Shown: positions 7,909 to 17,742 of the stretch, piece by piece | Layout of the letters: the number at the start of each line of letters is the position of its first letter | Position numbering within the stretch: the stretch's first letter is position 1 | DNA from: a virus | Length of the DNA: 58,206 nt | IMG/VR virus record: IMGVR_UViG_3300045988_060089 | Strand: one strand, 5' to 3' | Notes under the pieces: generated by a model | Databases searched by the model: none | Seen by the model: only the letters and a program-made list of their open reading frames with translations | Told to the model about the DNA's origin: nothing | Program-made: the position numbers and the translations under genes

Positions 7909-8163
7909 ATGACTGCTTCTGTAAATGGCAAGTTAGAAAACGCAAAGGTATTAATAGACACTATAACCACTGACGGATCAGGTAATGCCTATCTTGGAAA
8001 CTATGTTGCAGTATTTGGCGTATCAACAAATACCAATGATACAAAAATTGAAGTATTTAAAAATACTCTCGGAATGTTTTATGCTCATGTAAATAATGTT
8101 GCCGGAGATAATTATCCTGGCACATTTCAATTTTATATATGGGGCATAAAAAATGTAAGTTAA
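7909..8163 (+). CDS. Hypothetical protein (weak call)
   Basis: Track ORF 7858-8163 starts inside the terminator. Internal start MTASVNGKLE has no clear SD. Confidence 0.3.
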   Translation: MTASVNGKLENAKVLIDTITTDGSGNAYLGNYVAVFGVSTNTNDTKIEVFKNTLGMFYAHVNNVAGDNYPGTFQFYIWGIKNVS

Positions 8164-8215
8164 ATATAATAATATGTGGTTGTTATATCAATCAACATTG
8201 TAATTATAATAATTG

Positions 8216-9556
8216 CTATATAGAAATGATCATAGTAACTTTATAAAATCCACTTGGGATAGATCTCCCAGTTGCAATGAAAACATTACTATCTTTTAGC
8301 AATACAATTTGATATATTTTACCATCAACAGTATTAAGTATAATCGCATCTAATCTGCGGTTAAAGGTAATAACATTATCATTTTTTACAACATAGAACA
8401 ATGTTCCATTTTCCGGTACTGTTTCCGTTAATTGTACAAATGCATCAATATAATACATATTATTTACGCACACAGAACAGTTAGCAGAAACAACAGAAAT
8501 ACCAATACTTGTATTAATTCCAAATACATTGTTTGTAATACTTAACTTGCTATTTACATCACTTAATCCCCCAGTGATAGTACCGTCACCAATAGTCGAA
8601 ATATCGGTAGTTCCGATAAGGCCTATAAGTGATTTAAGGTTTTTTACAGACAGTTTAATTTTTCCCAAAATAGATGATAACTTTTCTCCTGTCGTTAATT
8701 CATCTAAAGTTGTTGCTTCTTCAAACACCGCAGTCAAATTACTACCGTCACCAGTTTTGGTCAAATAGTTTGTCAAATACGTTTTAGGAATTGCATCTAT
8801 TTTTTTATCAACGCTTGTTTTGTCATAATAATTTGTCAAATCAGAAACTTTTTTTGTAATGTATCCTACATCATTTTCTAATTCGCTAACTTTTGTTGGT
8901 ATTCCTCCTGTTTGCTGTTTTGCTTGTTCCATATAATACTTTGCATTATCGGTATCTTCTCCTTCTCTTGTTCCGGTTCCACCTACGGCATAAGATTCAG
9001 CCAATACAGATTTTGCATTTGCGGATTGCGCATAAGCAGATGCATTTGCGGATTCTACTCTAATATCTGCTAAATAATTAGGCTGAAGCATATCATCTGT
9101 TACTGATCCTGTTTTTATCGAAAAAGAATAAGTCTTATTCTTTCCAGTACCAGTCACGGATACAGTTATGGTTGCAGAATCTTCAAATGTCAACACCGGA
9201 ATCATAGAACCAATATCAGCTGTAAACTGTGTTCCATCTTCTGTAGTCATGGTAATGATTCCGTCATCAGACATGGAAAATTCGACAGGTATTTTTTCAA
9301 TATTAAGGTCAAAAATTACTTTTTCACCATTGTACTTTGTAATAGTAATAACACCGGTTGTTTCATCCATAGTCCAATCAGCAATATTTCCGTTTATTGC
9401 AGACTTGTCTACTTTTAAGGCATCCTGTGATATGATACGGTTGTCCAACGCATCAATAGCAGAATCCATCTGATTAAGATTGTATGCATCTAAATCCGTG
9501 TTTTCACTTGGATAATCTTCCCAGTTAATTCTGGTATAAACCTTATTCAACGCCAT
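8216..9556 (-). CDS. Tail fibre / receptor-binding protein
   Basis: Last gene of the tail operon. N-terminus MALNKVYTRINWEDYPSENTDLDAYNLNQMDSAIDALDNRI is typical of Firmicutes phage fibres; Thr/Ser/Gly-rich body. Confidence 0.55.
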   Translation of the reverse strand: MALNKVYTRINWEDYPSENTDLDAYNLNQMDSAIDALDNRIISQDALKVDKSAINGNIADWTMDETTGVITITKYNGEKVIFDLNIEKIPVEFSMSDDGIITMTTEDGTQFTADIGSMIPVLTFEDSATITVSVTGTGKNKTYSFSIKTGSVTDDMLQPNYLADIRVESANASAYAQSANAKSVLAESYAVGGTGTREGEDTDNAKYYMEQAKQQTGGIPTKVSELENDVGYITKKVSDLTNYYDKTSVDKKIDAIPKTYLTNYLTKTGDGSNLTAVFEEATTLDELTTGEKLSSILGKIKLSVKNLKSLIGLIGTTDISTIGDGTITGGLSDVNSKLSITNNVFGINTSIGISVVSANCSVCVNNMYYIDAFVQLTETVPENGTLFYVVKNDNVITFNRRLDAIILNTVDGKIYQIVLLKDSNVFIATGRSIPSGFYKVTMIISI

Positions 9557-9725
9557 CTGCAGATACCTCGCTTTCCTCTTTCATAATCTGCATATCTGAT
9601 AACTGTTTAGTCTCCGAATACACTTCATACAGTACAAGCCTTTTCACCTCGATAGGCAACGGTGTTTGATTTAATACTGTCACAAGGTTGCTTTTTAATT
9701 TCTTAATCTCAAAGTTTGCTGCCAT
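9543..9725 (-). CDS. Hypothetical protein (tail module)
   Basis: ORF track; overlaps the downstream fibre gene start. Confidence 0.5.
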   Translation of the reverse strand: MAANFEIKKLKSNLVTVLNQTPLPIEVKRLVLYEVYSETKQLSDMQIMKEESEVSADGVE

Positions 9726-9726
9726 A

Positions 9727-10029
9727 TCAATTCTCCCTTACATAGATTTCTTTTCCTTGCTCTTCTGCATATGCATACAGATTTTTGCACAGTTCAGATA
9801 CCTCATATCCGCTCTGTGCAACCACTGTATCCGACATGTCAATAAGTTGCTTCATAAACTCTTCAAAACCATCGCCATCTTCCGTGCTAAACAATGTGGC
9901 ATTTATTTCCGTAAACGTGGAAATTCCAATGGTAAAAGCTATATATTGCTGAATTTCTTGCCTTTCTTCCATTACTTCTTTCATTGTTTTTCCAATAATC
10001 GTTTGAAGAATAAATATTTTTTTTACCAT
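9727..10029 (-). CDS. Hypothetical protein (tail module)
   Basis: ORF track; tightly packed between the Tal-position and fibre genes. Confidence 0.5.
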   Translation of the reverse strand: MVKKIFILQTIIGKTMKEVMEERQEIQQYIAFTIGISTFTEINATLFSTEDGDGFEEFMKQLIDMSDTVVAQSGYEVSELCKNLYAYAEEQGKEIYVREN

Positions 10030-10039
10030 AATAAATCTC

Positions 10040-11953
10040 CTACGTCATAAGTGTGACAATTCCAGATGTTGCAGTGAGCAAACCTCCAAGTGATGAAACT
10101 CCTGTAATAAAATTAACATTATGTCCAGGATAATCAGCAACATTGGCTGTTTGTGTTACCAAAGATACATCTGATACGGTTCCATTTATATAATTTTTTG
10201 TGACACTTAATGTGGCACTTGTCAGTACTGTCTTACTGCCTAATATTTGAGAAGTTGTTGATATGTTTTTTACATATTGTGAATCATATGTTGCTCCATT
10301 TCCTACCACTAAAATTCCGCTTACACTTACCATTGAAGCATCAATAGTAAGATATTGTCCCAATCCTTTTATAGATCCTGTGCTTTGCAATAGTTCGTTA
10401 TAAAATTTAATTTCACCTGATGATACTTCTGTGTAACTTCCGTCTTCCCCTATAGACTTAAAACTACCAGTCATTACTGCGTTTTTAGCTGTTATAGTTC
10501 CATCTGCTGATATGCTACAGTTATCTGCTTCCAATACAAAACGGTTTCCAGAAATACTTACCTGTCCACTTTCAACACTTAACTGAGAACTGACATCGCC
10601 TTTTGATACTTTCAACTTGATTTGGTCTGCTTGAACTGAGATTGCCGCCGCCAATTCTACTTCTGCATCTATTGCCCTTTTTGCTTCAAGTTCAATCTTC
10701 CCGGCTGTCTGTGTAATTTTTGTATCCAGTCCACTTTCAACATCCTTTATCTCAGACCGGGTCTCTTCAACATTACGCTCCAACTCATTAGTCTTGCCGC
10801 GGAGTTGAATTATACTTTTGTTAATTCCATTTACCTGTTCACTGTATTTTGGTGCTTTTCCGGTGGCAGATATGGTGTCTATCGGTTGTTGGATTCCTTT
10901 GTATGTTCTGCTCAACACATAGCTTTCTATGATTTCTTTAGCCGTATATACATTGACTGCTTCTCCAAGGCTCAAACAAGGATTTCCTATTTTTTCACAG
11001 TTATAAGGTCTATATTTTACAACTTTAATAACCTCATACAGATTTCTTGCAACCGTTTCTAGGGCATCTGCACCCATTCCATAAACAAGGAAATTATCTT
11101 GCAAAATATAACTGTTGTCGTTCTCGGTAATCTCTGTATCCGGGTAAACTGCACCAATATCATTTTCTGATTGTCTTATCTGCACTTTTGTAACTTTTTG
11201 GCAGACAAAATCTTCATATTTAACTGATTTGTATTTTCCACCAGTAACCTTTTCTTTTTCAGAACCTTTTCTAGGGTATAATCCTTTCTGTGGATATAAT
11301 CCTTTTTGTGGATATAATCCGGATATTATTGCTTTAAGGAAAACATATTCAAATTTTCCATCATGGTTAATGTGACCAAAGCATCCATTTATTGAGCAGA
11401 TTGCTTCCATGACCGTCTGGCCAGAAAGTTCACTTGGGTTTATGGTTTCTGCCACTTCCATGCTGTCATTAGGTAATGTGGCTGCTACTTGCTCAACACC
11501 AAAATATGAAAAAAAACTGTCTCTGAACTGCTTTAAAGTCAGAGGAAACTTCAATCCGTTATACCAGGAAGATACTTCTGATTCTCCAATATCGTATATA
11601 ACGTCATATGCCGTCACATTCCTGTAACGCTTATCATCTGTTGGTTTATCGGAAATGACACGGTATTTGCCGAAAATAAACGGTGCGTCAACATGTCCAT
11701 TAATCACAGCAGAAACATTTATCTGTTTCCCAATCATGCTTGTGAACACGTTGGAAATTTTGAATTTTAACTGTGATGCATTGCACTGTCCAAATGTAAG
11801 GTAATCATCATCACATAGTATTTCTTTTAATTCAAACTGTTCAAAATGGATTTCGCTGTTGGTGATTTTTACAGACTTGTCCTCTGTTTCAATTGTGATT
11901 TCCTTTTTGGATGCGCTTTTATCAAACAAATCCGCATAGGTATAGTTACTCAT
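10040..11953 (-). CDS. Tail-tip/baseplate protein (Tal position) with coiled coil and beta-rich C-terminus
   Basis: 637 aa, directly after the Dit-position gene. Central ELERNVEETRSEIKDVESGLDTKITQTAGKIELEAKRAIDAE coiled coil; GLYPQK x3 repeat. Confidence 0.55.
   Translation of the reverse strand: MSNYTYADLFDKSASKKEITIETEDKSVKITNSEIHFEQFELKEILCDDDYLTFGQCNASQLKFKISNVFTSMIGKQINVSAVINGHVDAPFIFGKYRVISDKPTDDKRYRNVTAYDVIYDIGESEVSSWYNGLKFPLTLKQFRDSFFSYFGVEQVAATLPNDSMEVAETINPSELSGQTVMEAICSINGCFGHINHDGKFEYVFLKAIISGLYPQKGLYPQKGLYPRKGSEKEKVTGGKYKSVKYEDFVCQKVTKVQIRQSENDIGAVYPDTEITENDNSYILQDNFLVYGMGADALETVARNLYEVIKVVKYRPYNCEKIGNPCLSLGEAVNVYTAKEIIESYVLSRTYKGIQQPIDTISATGKAPKYSEQVNGINKSIIQLRGKTNELERNVEETRSEIKDVESGLDTKITQTAGKIELEAKRAIDAEVELAAAISVQADQIKLKVSKGDVSSQLSVESGQVSISGNRFVLEADNCSISADGTITAKNAVMTGSFKSIGEDGSYTEVSSGEIKFYNELLQSTGSIKGLGQYLTIDASMVSVSGILVVGNGATYDSQYVKNISTTSQILGSKTVLTSATLSVTKNYINGTVSDVSLVTQTANVADYPGHNVNFITGVSSLGGLLTATSGIVTLMT
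11271..11324. repeat. 18-bp coding tandem repeat x3 (GLYPQK/GLYPQK/GLYPRK)
   Basis: ctagggtataatcctttc / tgtggatataatcctttt / tgtggatataatccggat on the plus strand. Confidence 0.85.
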
Positions 11954-12368
11954 TCGCTACACCTCCGACAAATGAAAACTCTATCTGATTGTATTTAATC
12001 TCTCCGTCATAAGTTCCGTAGATTGTAGGCTTTATATCAGCCATATAGCCATATTGTGTGACATATTGACCTAAAAATGGAATGTATGCCGTGATATTGC
12101 ACCCCTGTTCCGTTGCATCAATAAAGTTGCTTCGTATCCCGGACAGTAACTCTTGCAAATCGTCATCCGTCAGCATTGCAGGCGTGGAAAAATCAACACT
12201 TAATGCTTTTAGCTCCACAGCATTTCTATGTACGTATCCATTTGCATCAGTCCACGGGTCTACATCCTGCATATTTACAGCTGGCTGATAACTTTCAGCG
12301 GCTATAAATCTTGACTGGTCAATAACGTAATCTCCAATTTTTAAAAGCCATCCTTGATATGCTGACAT
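11946..12368 (-). CDS. Tail component (distal tail protein position)
   Basis: 140 aa immediately after the tape measure gene; overlaps the next gene by 8 nt. Confidence 0.45.
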   Translation of the reverse strand: MSAYQGWLLKIGDYVIDQSRFIAAESYQPAVNMQDVDPWTDANGYVHRNAVELKALSVDFSTPAMLTDDDLQELLSGIRSNFIDATEQGCNITAYIPFLGQYVTQYGYMADIKPTIYGTYDGEIKYNQIEFSFVGGVANE

Positions 12369-12425
12369 ACGCTCACCGCCTCATTGCATAAAAATAGACA
12401 GCACCCATCCAGAGTGCTGTCTGTG

Positions 12426-15400
12426 TTAAAATACATATACATTCTTGTGTTTTTGGTTAAATTGCTCTTGACCGTATTGTCTTGCTGCAATTCCAATTTG
12501 ATCGGTTGTTATTCCAAACTCTTTTTCAAGGATTCCTTGCAGTAGCTGATTATTCTGTTTCAGAAGTGCAATTTCCTGTTGTGCCGTGGAATTAATAGCA
12601 TCTTTGATTCCAGTGATTTCAACTCCACCGGCAACCGCTGTTTTTCCACCTACTGTTCCGGCAATCTCCGGTATACCGTTCTCTCCTGCCATGAACATCG
12701 TATATCGGCTTGGAACGTAACCACCTTTTTCAAATGTAGGTATTCTTCCAACACTAATGTGTTGTATATTATTCGGAACTGCGTCACCAATTTTAGGTAT
12801 TAACCTTGCTGCAGACATCAAACCATTAATAAGGTCTATGGCATTGTTTATCATGGTTTCTATTCCACTTATTACAAGGTTCAGAGGAGCTATTGCAACA
12901 TTAGCTGCTGTTTTAAATGCTGTTCTAAACGCCGTTGGAATGTTTTCAAGCAATTTATTCCATTTTGTTAGTCCAAACTGCTCTGAAATTTTTTTCCACC
13001 AACTTGAAAATCCTGTTTGGTTCCACCATGTTGTAAAAGAAGTCCATTTTTCAGAAAGTGATGACTCTATAGTTTGACCCATTCCTTGCCACTTTTCCTT
13101 TGTGAACCAAGGAGATACATTTTCATTAAACCAGTTTCCAACAAGTGGTGCTATATTGATAAGTGCAGATGACAGACCAAAAGTATCTGACATATCTACT
13201 TTTGTATTTTTTATTTTATCAATTAGCCAATCAATTTTATCTCCAAAATCATCAAGAGTGCTATGTTTTGGAAGCAACATTGTTCCTGTCAAGAATCTAT
13301 ACAAATCATTATCTGTTATATCTTTGTATAAATCATCCCACGCAGTTTTTAATGTGGTAAAATCAGTATTTTTTAATGTATCAAAAAAACCATTTTCACC
13401 AAACCACGTAAAATTGTCGTAGTACTCTGCGTCTTCTGGGAACAATGCTTTCCCTAAAGATTTTCCTACATTAAATCCAATCTCCCAAGTAACAGCAGCT
13501 ATTGCAATTGTCGGAACTATTCCTATACTTGATCCTAGTACTTTGGCTGATAACTTGTCCGATATTTTTCCCCATATGATATCTCCAACACCAGTAAACT
13601 TTAAAAGACCTATTGCTGTGATAATCGTGGTTTCAATCGGTGCAGCATCAAAACTTCCTTTCCACAAATCGATAGCCGCATCTATGGCAGTCTCTATGAA
13701 GTTTCCGGCAGATGTAAACACAGCAGTCCAGTCAATACCAGCAAGAAACTGTCCTATGTTTTGCCCAATCTGATACCAATCTACAGATGCAATAGCATCA
13801 GACATCCAGTTAAATATTCCAGTTACAATCCCGGATAAATCTTGTCCGGCTTCAAAGAAATCACCATTGAATAAATCTTTGAATAACTTTTTCACAGGCT
13901 CAAGAAGTTTTTCTATCTTATCAGCCCAGCCAAGAGCTGTATTCTGCATCTTGTCAAATGCTTCCTGCCATACTTTTTCGTACTCTGCAGTAGCATCCAT
14001 GATTTCTTTGGTAAGGTCAATTCCTGCTCCACCAGCACCACTTCCGGAACCACTGGATTTTGGCATTGAAATAACTTTCAATTTATCAAATGCTCTGATT
14101 CCGCTTTGAGCATTTTTTGCGCTTGTACCAACTTTATCCAGTGCATCTGCAGTGTCTTCCAACTCTTCATTGTACCCGGATACACCTTGACCGAATGACG
14201 AAAAGTCAATCTTGATTCCCAGTAAATTTGCCACACTGACAAGCAATCTCTTAATTGCAATTACGACACCGTTAATAACAGGAAGTACTTTCTGCAATAC
14301 CGGAATAAACAACTGACCCAGTACCATACCAGCTTCTTTTACGTTGTTAGTAAACTGGCGAATCATGTTACTTGGAGAATTGATTGTATTCGCTAAATCT
14401 CCCCATGATACCTTGGACTGGTCTAAGATTGCCAGTAGACGCAACTGCTGTTTCTCTGCCTGTGACATTTCAGATACAGCCTTTTCAATGCCGTATTTGT
14501 AAGCATAAGTCTGCAGTGTGGCATTTGTGATATCAATACCATACTTATACAGTGCTCTTGACTGACCGATCAAACCGGACTGTAAGTTTGTTGCGACTGT
14601 ACTGAAATCCACGTTAAACAGAGATGAAATGTCCCCGGCAAGCATTGTCATGGACTTTGAAATTGCCGTAGTAACTTCTCCGGTCTGCCCTAAAGAGTTG
14701 GTAATAGATGCAAGTTGTGAAGCGTACTGCGTAATCTCCTGTAAATTCAGTCCCAGGTTCTTCATTCCGCTTTCAGAAATCAGCCCACCGTCTACATCTA
14801 CTTTCAGACCGGACATTTTGCCAAGCAGTTCATTTACACGGTTTCCGAAACTCTGCGCATAATCTTCTGCATTGTCGTAACCGAATTGTTCAAAATCCTT
14901 GCCCCATTCCTTGCCGACTTTATTGAATGCTACCGTGTAGTAGTTGAATGCTTCGATATAGTCCGTAGTTCCCTCTATGGACTTCCACAGACTTTTAATT
15001 CCACGGATCACAAGGAAATATGTTGCGTAGAATCTGCCGAAAGCCGCAGCAAGGCTAAATGTGCTTTTCGTGGCTCTTCTTGCGCTTACCGTATAGGTGT
15101 TCAGATTACGTCCTAAAGAGTTTGCCGCTCTTCCGGATGCCGCACCAGTAGATGCCAGTCCTGCCAGCGCATTTGTCATGCGGATAATGTTCTCACTGAC
15201 ATTCGGAGCGGTTGAAAGAGTTGTAAATAACTGCTTCAAATTCTTTGCCAGCAAAGGAATGTTCGTGATTGCTCTGCCGGATGCCACACCTCCAAGTCTT
15301 GAAATCGAAGATGCTATGCTCGCAATATCCCCTACTCCATCTACTTTAGTTCCTGCCATGTCAGCAGAAAAAGTCTTCAGTGCAGAAGAAATCCTGCTTA

Positions 15401-15653
15401 ATCCGCTTGTATCTATTTTCCCCATTCTGTTAATGGAATTTGTCAATGTGGATATGTTCTTAATACCGCTCGCATTCATGGAACTGGCGGCATTTGCGAT
15501 ACTCTGTATGCTATTAGAAATGCTTGTCAGTTTGGATGTATCAATGGACAAGCTTCTCTGAAAATTCGTAAGGCTGTTTGCTAACTTATTTAGTGCGTTA
15601 CTTGCGTTATTCGCATCCGCTTTTATTTTAATCTGTAAAGAATCAATATCCAT
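12426..15653 (-). CDS. Tape measure protein
   Basis: Largest ORF (1075 aa), downstream of the tail chaperones. Ala/Ser/Asn-rich helical N-terminus and long Gly/Ile/Ala hydrophobic segments. Confidence 0.85.
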   Translation of the reverse strand: MDIDSLQIKIKADANNASNALNKLANSLTNFQRSLSIDTSKLTSISNSIQSIANAASSMNASGIKNISTLTNSINRMGKIDTSGLSRISSALKTFSADMAGTKVDGVGDIASIASSISRLGGVASGRAITNIPLLAKNLKQLFTTLSTAPNVSENIIRMTNALAGLASTGAASGRAANSLGRNLNTYTVSARRATKSTFSLAAAFGRFYATYFLVIRGIKSLWKSIEGTTDYIEAFNYYTVAFNKVGKEWGKDFEQFGYDNAEDYAQSFGNRVNELLGKMSGLKVDVDGGLISESGMKNLGLNLQEITQYASQLASITNSLGQTGEVTTAISKSMTMLAGDISSLFNVDFSTVATNLQSGLIGQSRALYKYGIDITNATLQTYAYKYGIEKAVSEMSQAEKQQLRLLAILDQSKVSWGDLANTINSPSNMIRQFTNNVKEAGMVLGQLFIPVLQKVLPVINGVVIAIKRLLVSVANLLGIKIDFSSFGQGVSGYNEELEDTADALDKVGTSAKNAQSGIRAFDKLKVISMPKSSGSGSGAGGAGIDLTKEIMDATAEYEKVWQEAFDKMQNTALGWADKIEKLLEPVKKLFKDLFNGDFFEAGQDLSGIVTGIFNWMSDAIASVDWYQIGQNIGQFLAGIDWTAVFTSAGNFIETAIDAAIDLWKGSFDAAPIETTIITAIGLLKFTGVGDIIWGKISDKLSAKVLGSSIGIVPTIAIAAVTWEIGFNVGKSLGKALFPEDAEYYDNFTWFGENGFFDTLKNTDFTTLKTAWDDLYKDITDNDLYRFLTGTMLLPKHSTLDDFGDKIDWLIDKIKNTKVDMSDTFGLSSALINIAPLVGNWFNENVSPWFTKEKWQGMGQTIESSLSEKWTSFTTWWNQTGFSSWWKKISEQFGLTKWNKLLENIPTAFRTAFKTAANVAIAPLNLVISGIETMINNAIDLINGLMSAARLIPKIGDAVPNNIQHISVGRIPTFEKGGYVPSRYTMFMAGENGIPEIAGTVGGKTAVAGGVEITGIKDAINSTAQQEIALLKQNNQLLQGILEKEFGITTDQIGIAARQYGQEQFNQKHKNVYVF

Positions 15654-15745
15654 ACCGCACCGCCTTTACCGAAATAAAAAAAGGAAGTGTCTGCCACTTC
15701 CAAGAAAAGAGCGGCAAGCTGTGACACCTACCGCTCCTAAAAAAA

Positions 15746-16759
15746 TCAATTATAGAATGCTGCCTGGATACTGTTGTATCCTACTTTTCCATCTTTTGTC
15801 AGGTTCAACTTGTCCTGCACTGCAATGGTCTCTTTTCTCGCAGTTTTTCCATACTTGCCGTCTTCGTCCTGATCATGCCCCAAAATCTCATTGCAACGTG
15901 TCTGCCACCACTTAACTACCGCTCCTGTGGAGCCAACCTTATAGGTCAGTCCGTATCTCTTCGCCTGCAAGCAGATCTTCTTACGGACATACTGTGTGTT
16001 CTTTCCGTCCTTACCATCGACTGTGAGTTTACGACCGTATGCATCCCGGTATCCGTCTGCGTTAGCCGCCTTCTGGAAGTTCTGAATGTTGATATTACAG
16101 GTTTCTTCCCTCTGCGCCGGAACAGAAGATACCATTTCAAAGTCGGTATAAAAAATGTTGATATCGCACTTTCCGCTGATTCCGGGGACAAATCCGGAGG
16201 ATGTATACTGCCAAATATCCGCAAGGTTAATCTCTGACGTTGACAAGCTGGATGTATAACGTGCATACCATACGTATACCTTTCCCAGTGCTGCTACAAT
16301 CCGGTTCATATCAAAGTATCTATTAAGGTAATCTTTGTTGGTATAGATAACTGGAAGATAACCGGCTTCTTTGACCTTTTGCAAAAATGCAATTGCCATA
16401 TCCGTAGCCAGCTGCTTGGTGACATTCACTCCCTTTTTTCGGGCATAATTCACGGAGTCATACTCAAAGTCAAACGCAATTGGGCACTTAGTCCAGTACT
16501 TTTTAGCCTGAGTGATGCAAAACTCTGCTTCTGCCACTGCCATTGCTACCGTGTAAGCATAAGAAAACCAGTATAGCATCACTTGCACAGCCAGATTGAA
16601 GCTGGCTAATGCATTACTCACATATTTCTCATCGACATTATTTTTCCCGTATCCAGCACGGATACCGATACGCTTGTATCCTGCATCTCTCACTCTTTTA
16701 ATGTTTACATTCCCGTTATGTTTGGAAATGTCAGGTCCTTTATACAATGCTTGTTTCAT
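15746..16759 (-). CDS. GH25 muramidase with C-terminal peptidoglycan-binding repeat (endolysin or tail-associated lysin)
   Basis: GPDISKHNGNVNIKRVRDAGYKRIGIRAGYG, FDFEYD, VIYTNKDY, VWYARY, IWQYTSSG..GKCDINIFY are GH25 motifs. C-terminus DGKYGKTARKETIAVQDKLNLTKDGKVGYNS is PG_binding_1-like. Confidence 0.85.
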   Translation of the reverse strand: MKQALYKGPDISKHNGNVNIKRVRDAGYKRIGIRAGYGKNNVDEKYVSNALASFNLAVQVMLYWFSYAYTVAMAVAEAEFCITQAKKYWTKCPIAFDFEYDSVNYARKKGVNVTKQLATDMAIAFLQKVKEAGYLPVIYTNKDYLNRYFDMNRIVAALGKVYVWYARYTSSLSTSEINLADIWQYTSSGFVPGISGKCDINIFYTDFEMVSSVPAQREETCNINIQNFQKAANADGYRDAYGRKLTVDGKDGKNTQYVRKKICLQAKRYGLTYKVGSTGAVVKWWQTRCNEILGHDQDEDGKYGKTARKETIAVQDKLNLTKDGKVGYNSIQAAFYN

Positions 16760-16768
16760 ATTTTCTCC

Positions 16769-17098
16769 TTAATCCGGACTTTCCGGTAATCCTTGTTCTC
16801 TTAATGCTTTGATTCTCTGTTTCATTTCCCATATTGCAATTTCTTCGTTGGATTCCTTATATTTAGGCTCATTATCATGTGCTATCTTTTCTGAAATAGG
16901 CTTTTCAACATAAGTAGTTCTTGCTTTGTCTCCATTTAAGCAATGGTCTATTGCAAAGATTAATGCAGATATTCCATAATCTCCCCACCGTTGCCATGAA
17001 TTCCTATCTTCTTCCTCTTTTTTGAGTTTATATCCTTTGTAGCACCACTCTAATTTCTTAGGATTCAGATGTTTGAACTCTTCTATCGAAATTCCCAT
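16769..17098 (-). CDS. Tail assembly chaperone, T-like ORF (possibly made by frameshift from 17131-17607)
   Basis: Lies between the chaperone and the lysin/TMP. Its reading frame stays open upstream across the stop of the preceding ORF. Confidence 0.45.
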   Translation of the reverse strand: MGISIEEFKHLNPKKLEWCYKGYKLKKEEEDRNSWQRWGDYGISALIFAIDHCLNGDKARTTYVEKPISEKIAHDNEPKYKESNEEIAIWEMKQRIKALREQGLPESPD

Positions 17099-17130
17099 GG
17101 AAAAAGCAAATGGAAAATATTCTTCCCATA

Positions 17131-17607
17131 TTATTTTGTGCCAGTCGATTTCTTCTTGTGATCCTGCGGCATCTTCGTTACCTTGTTGTCCTCTTTCTCC
17201 ATCTCTTCCTTGGTCTGCGTCATCATTTCCGTCAGACCCGACAGTTCGAAAAAACCGTCTTCTTCCATACAGTCTGTCAGTTCTCCATACAGCTTTACAA
17301 AAGACAGACCGTTTGCTTTCATGTATTCTTTCATTAAAGCATTGGATTCATCCGGTTTAATATCTTCATGGTTTTCGATAAGACCAGCATAAAAAGCCGT
17401 TTTGCATACATGAGGAAATTCTGCAAGCATATATCCGCTACCATCTACAATTTCTTCTGGTGTGGGATTCTGTACATTTTTTGCTTTTTTAGCTACATAG
17501 CCACCGGAAAGCATAAGAAACATCTTTTGAATCAAATCCTTGCACTCCACAGCACCGAATCCAAACTCTAAAGTATATTCAACATCATTAACTAAAATCT
17601 TCTTCAT
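17131..17607 (-). CDS. Tail assembly chaperone (G-like)
   Basis: Start MKKILVNDVEYTLEFGF; acidic protein directly after the major tail protein gene. Confidence 0.55.
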   Translation of the reverse strand: MKKILVNDVEYTLEFGFGAVECKDLIQKMFLMLSGGYVAKKAKNVQNPTPEEIVDGSGYMLAEFPHVCKTAFYAGLIENHEDIKPDESNALMKEYMKANGLSFVKLYGELTDCMEEDGFFELSGLTEMMTQTKEEMEKEDNKVTKMPQDHKKKSTGTK

Positions 17608-17742
17608 AAAAACATATCCTTTCCCCAACATTTTGTTGGAAAGGAGCCGCCCGAAGACGGCTCTCTTTTTGCTAAATCAATGTTTCGCCTACCGTTTCAT
17701 AATTGTCAGCCACGGCAGTGTTATTTGTTTCTGACTGACTTT

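Noticed and set aside
8216-12368. Diversity-generating retroelement or retron associated with the tail fibre or the repeat genes
   Set aside because: No reverse transcriptase ORF exists anywhere in the window, and no template/variable repeat pair with adenine-specific differences was seen.
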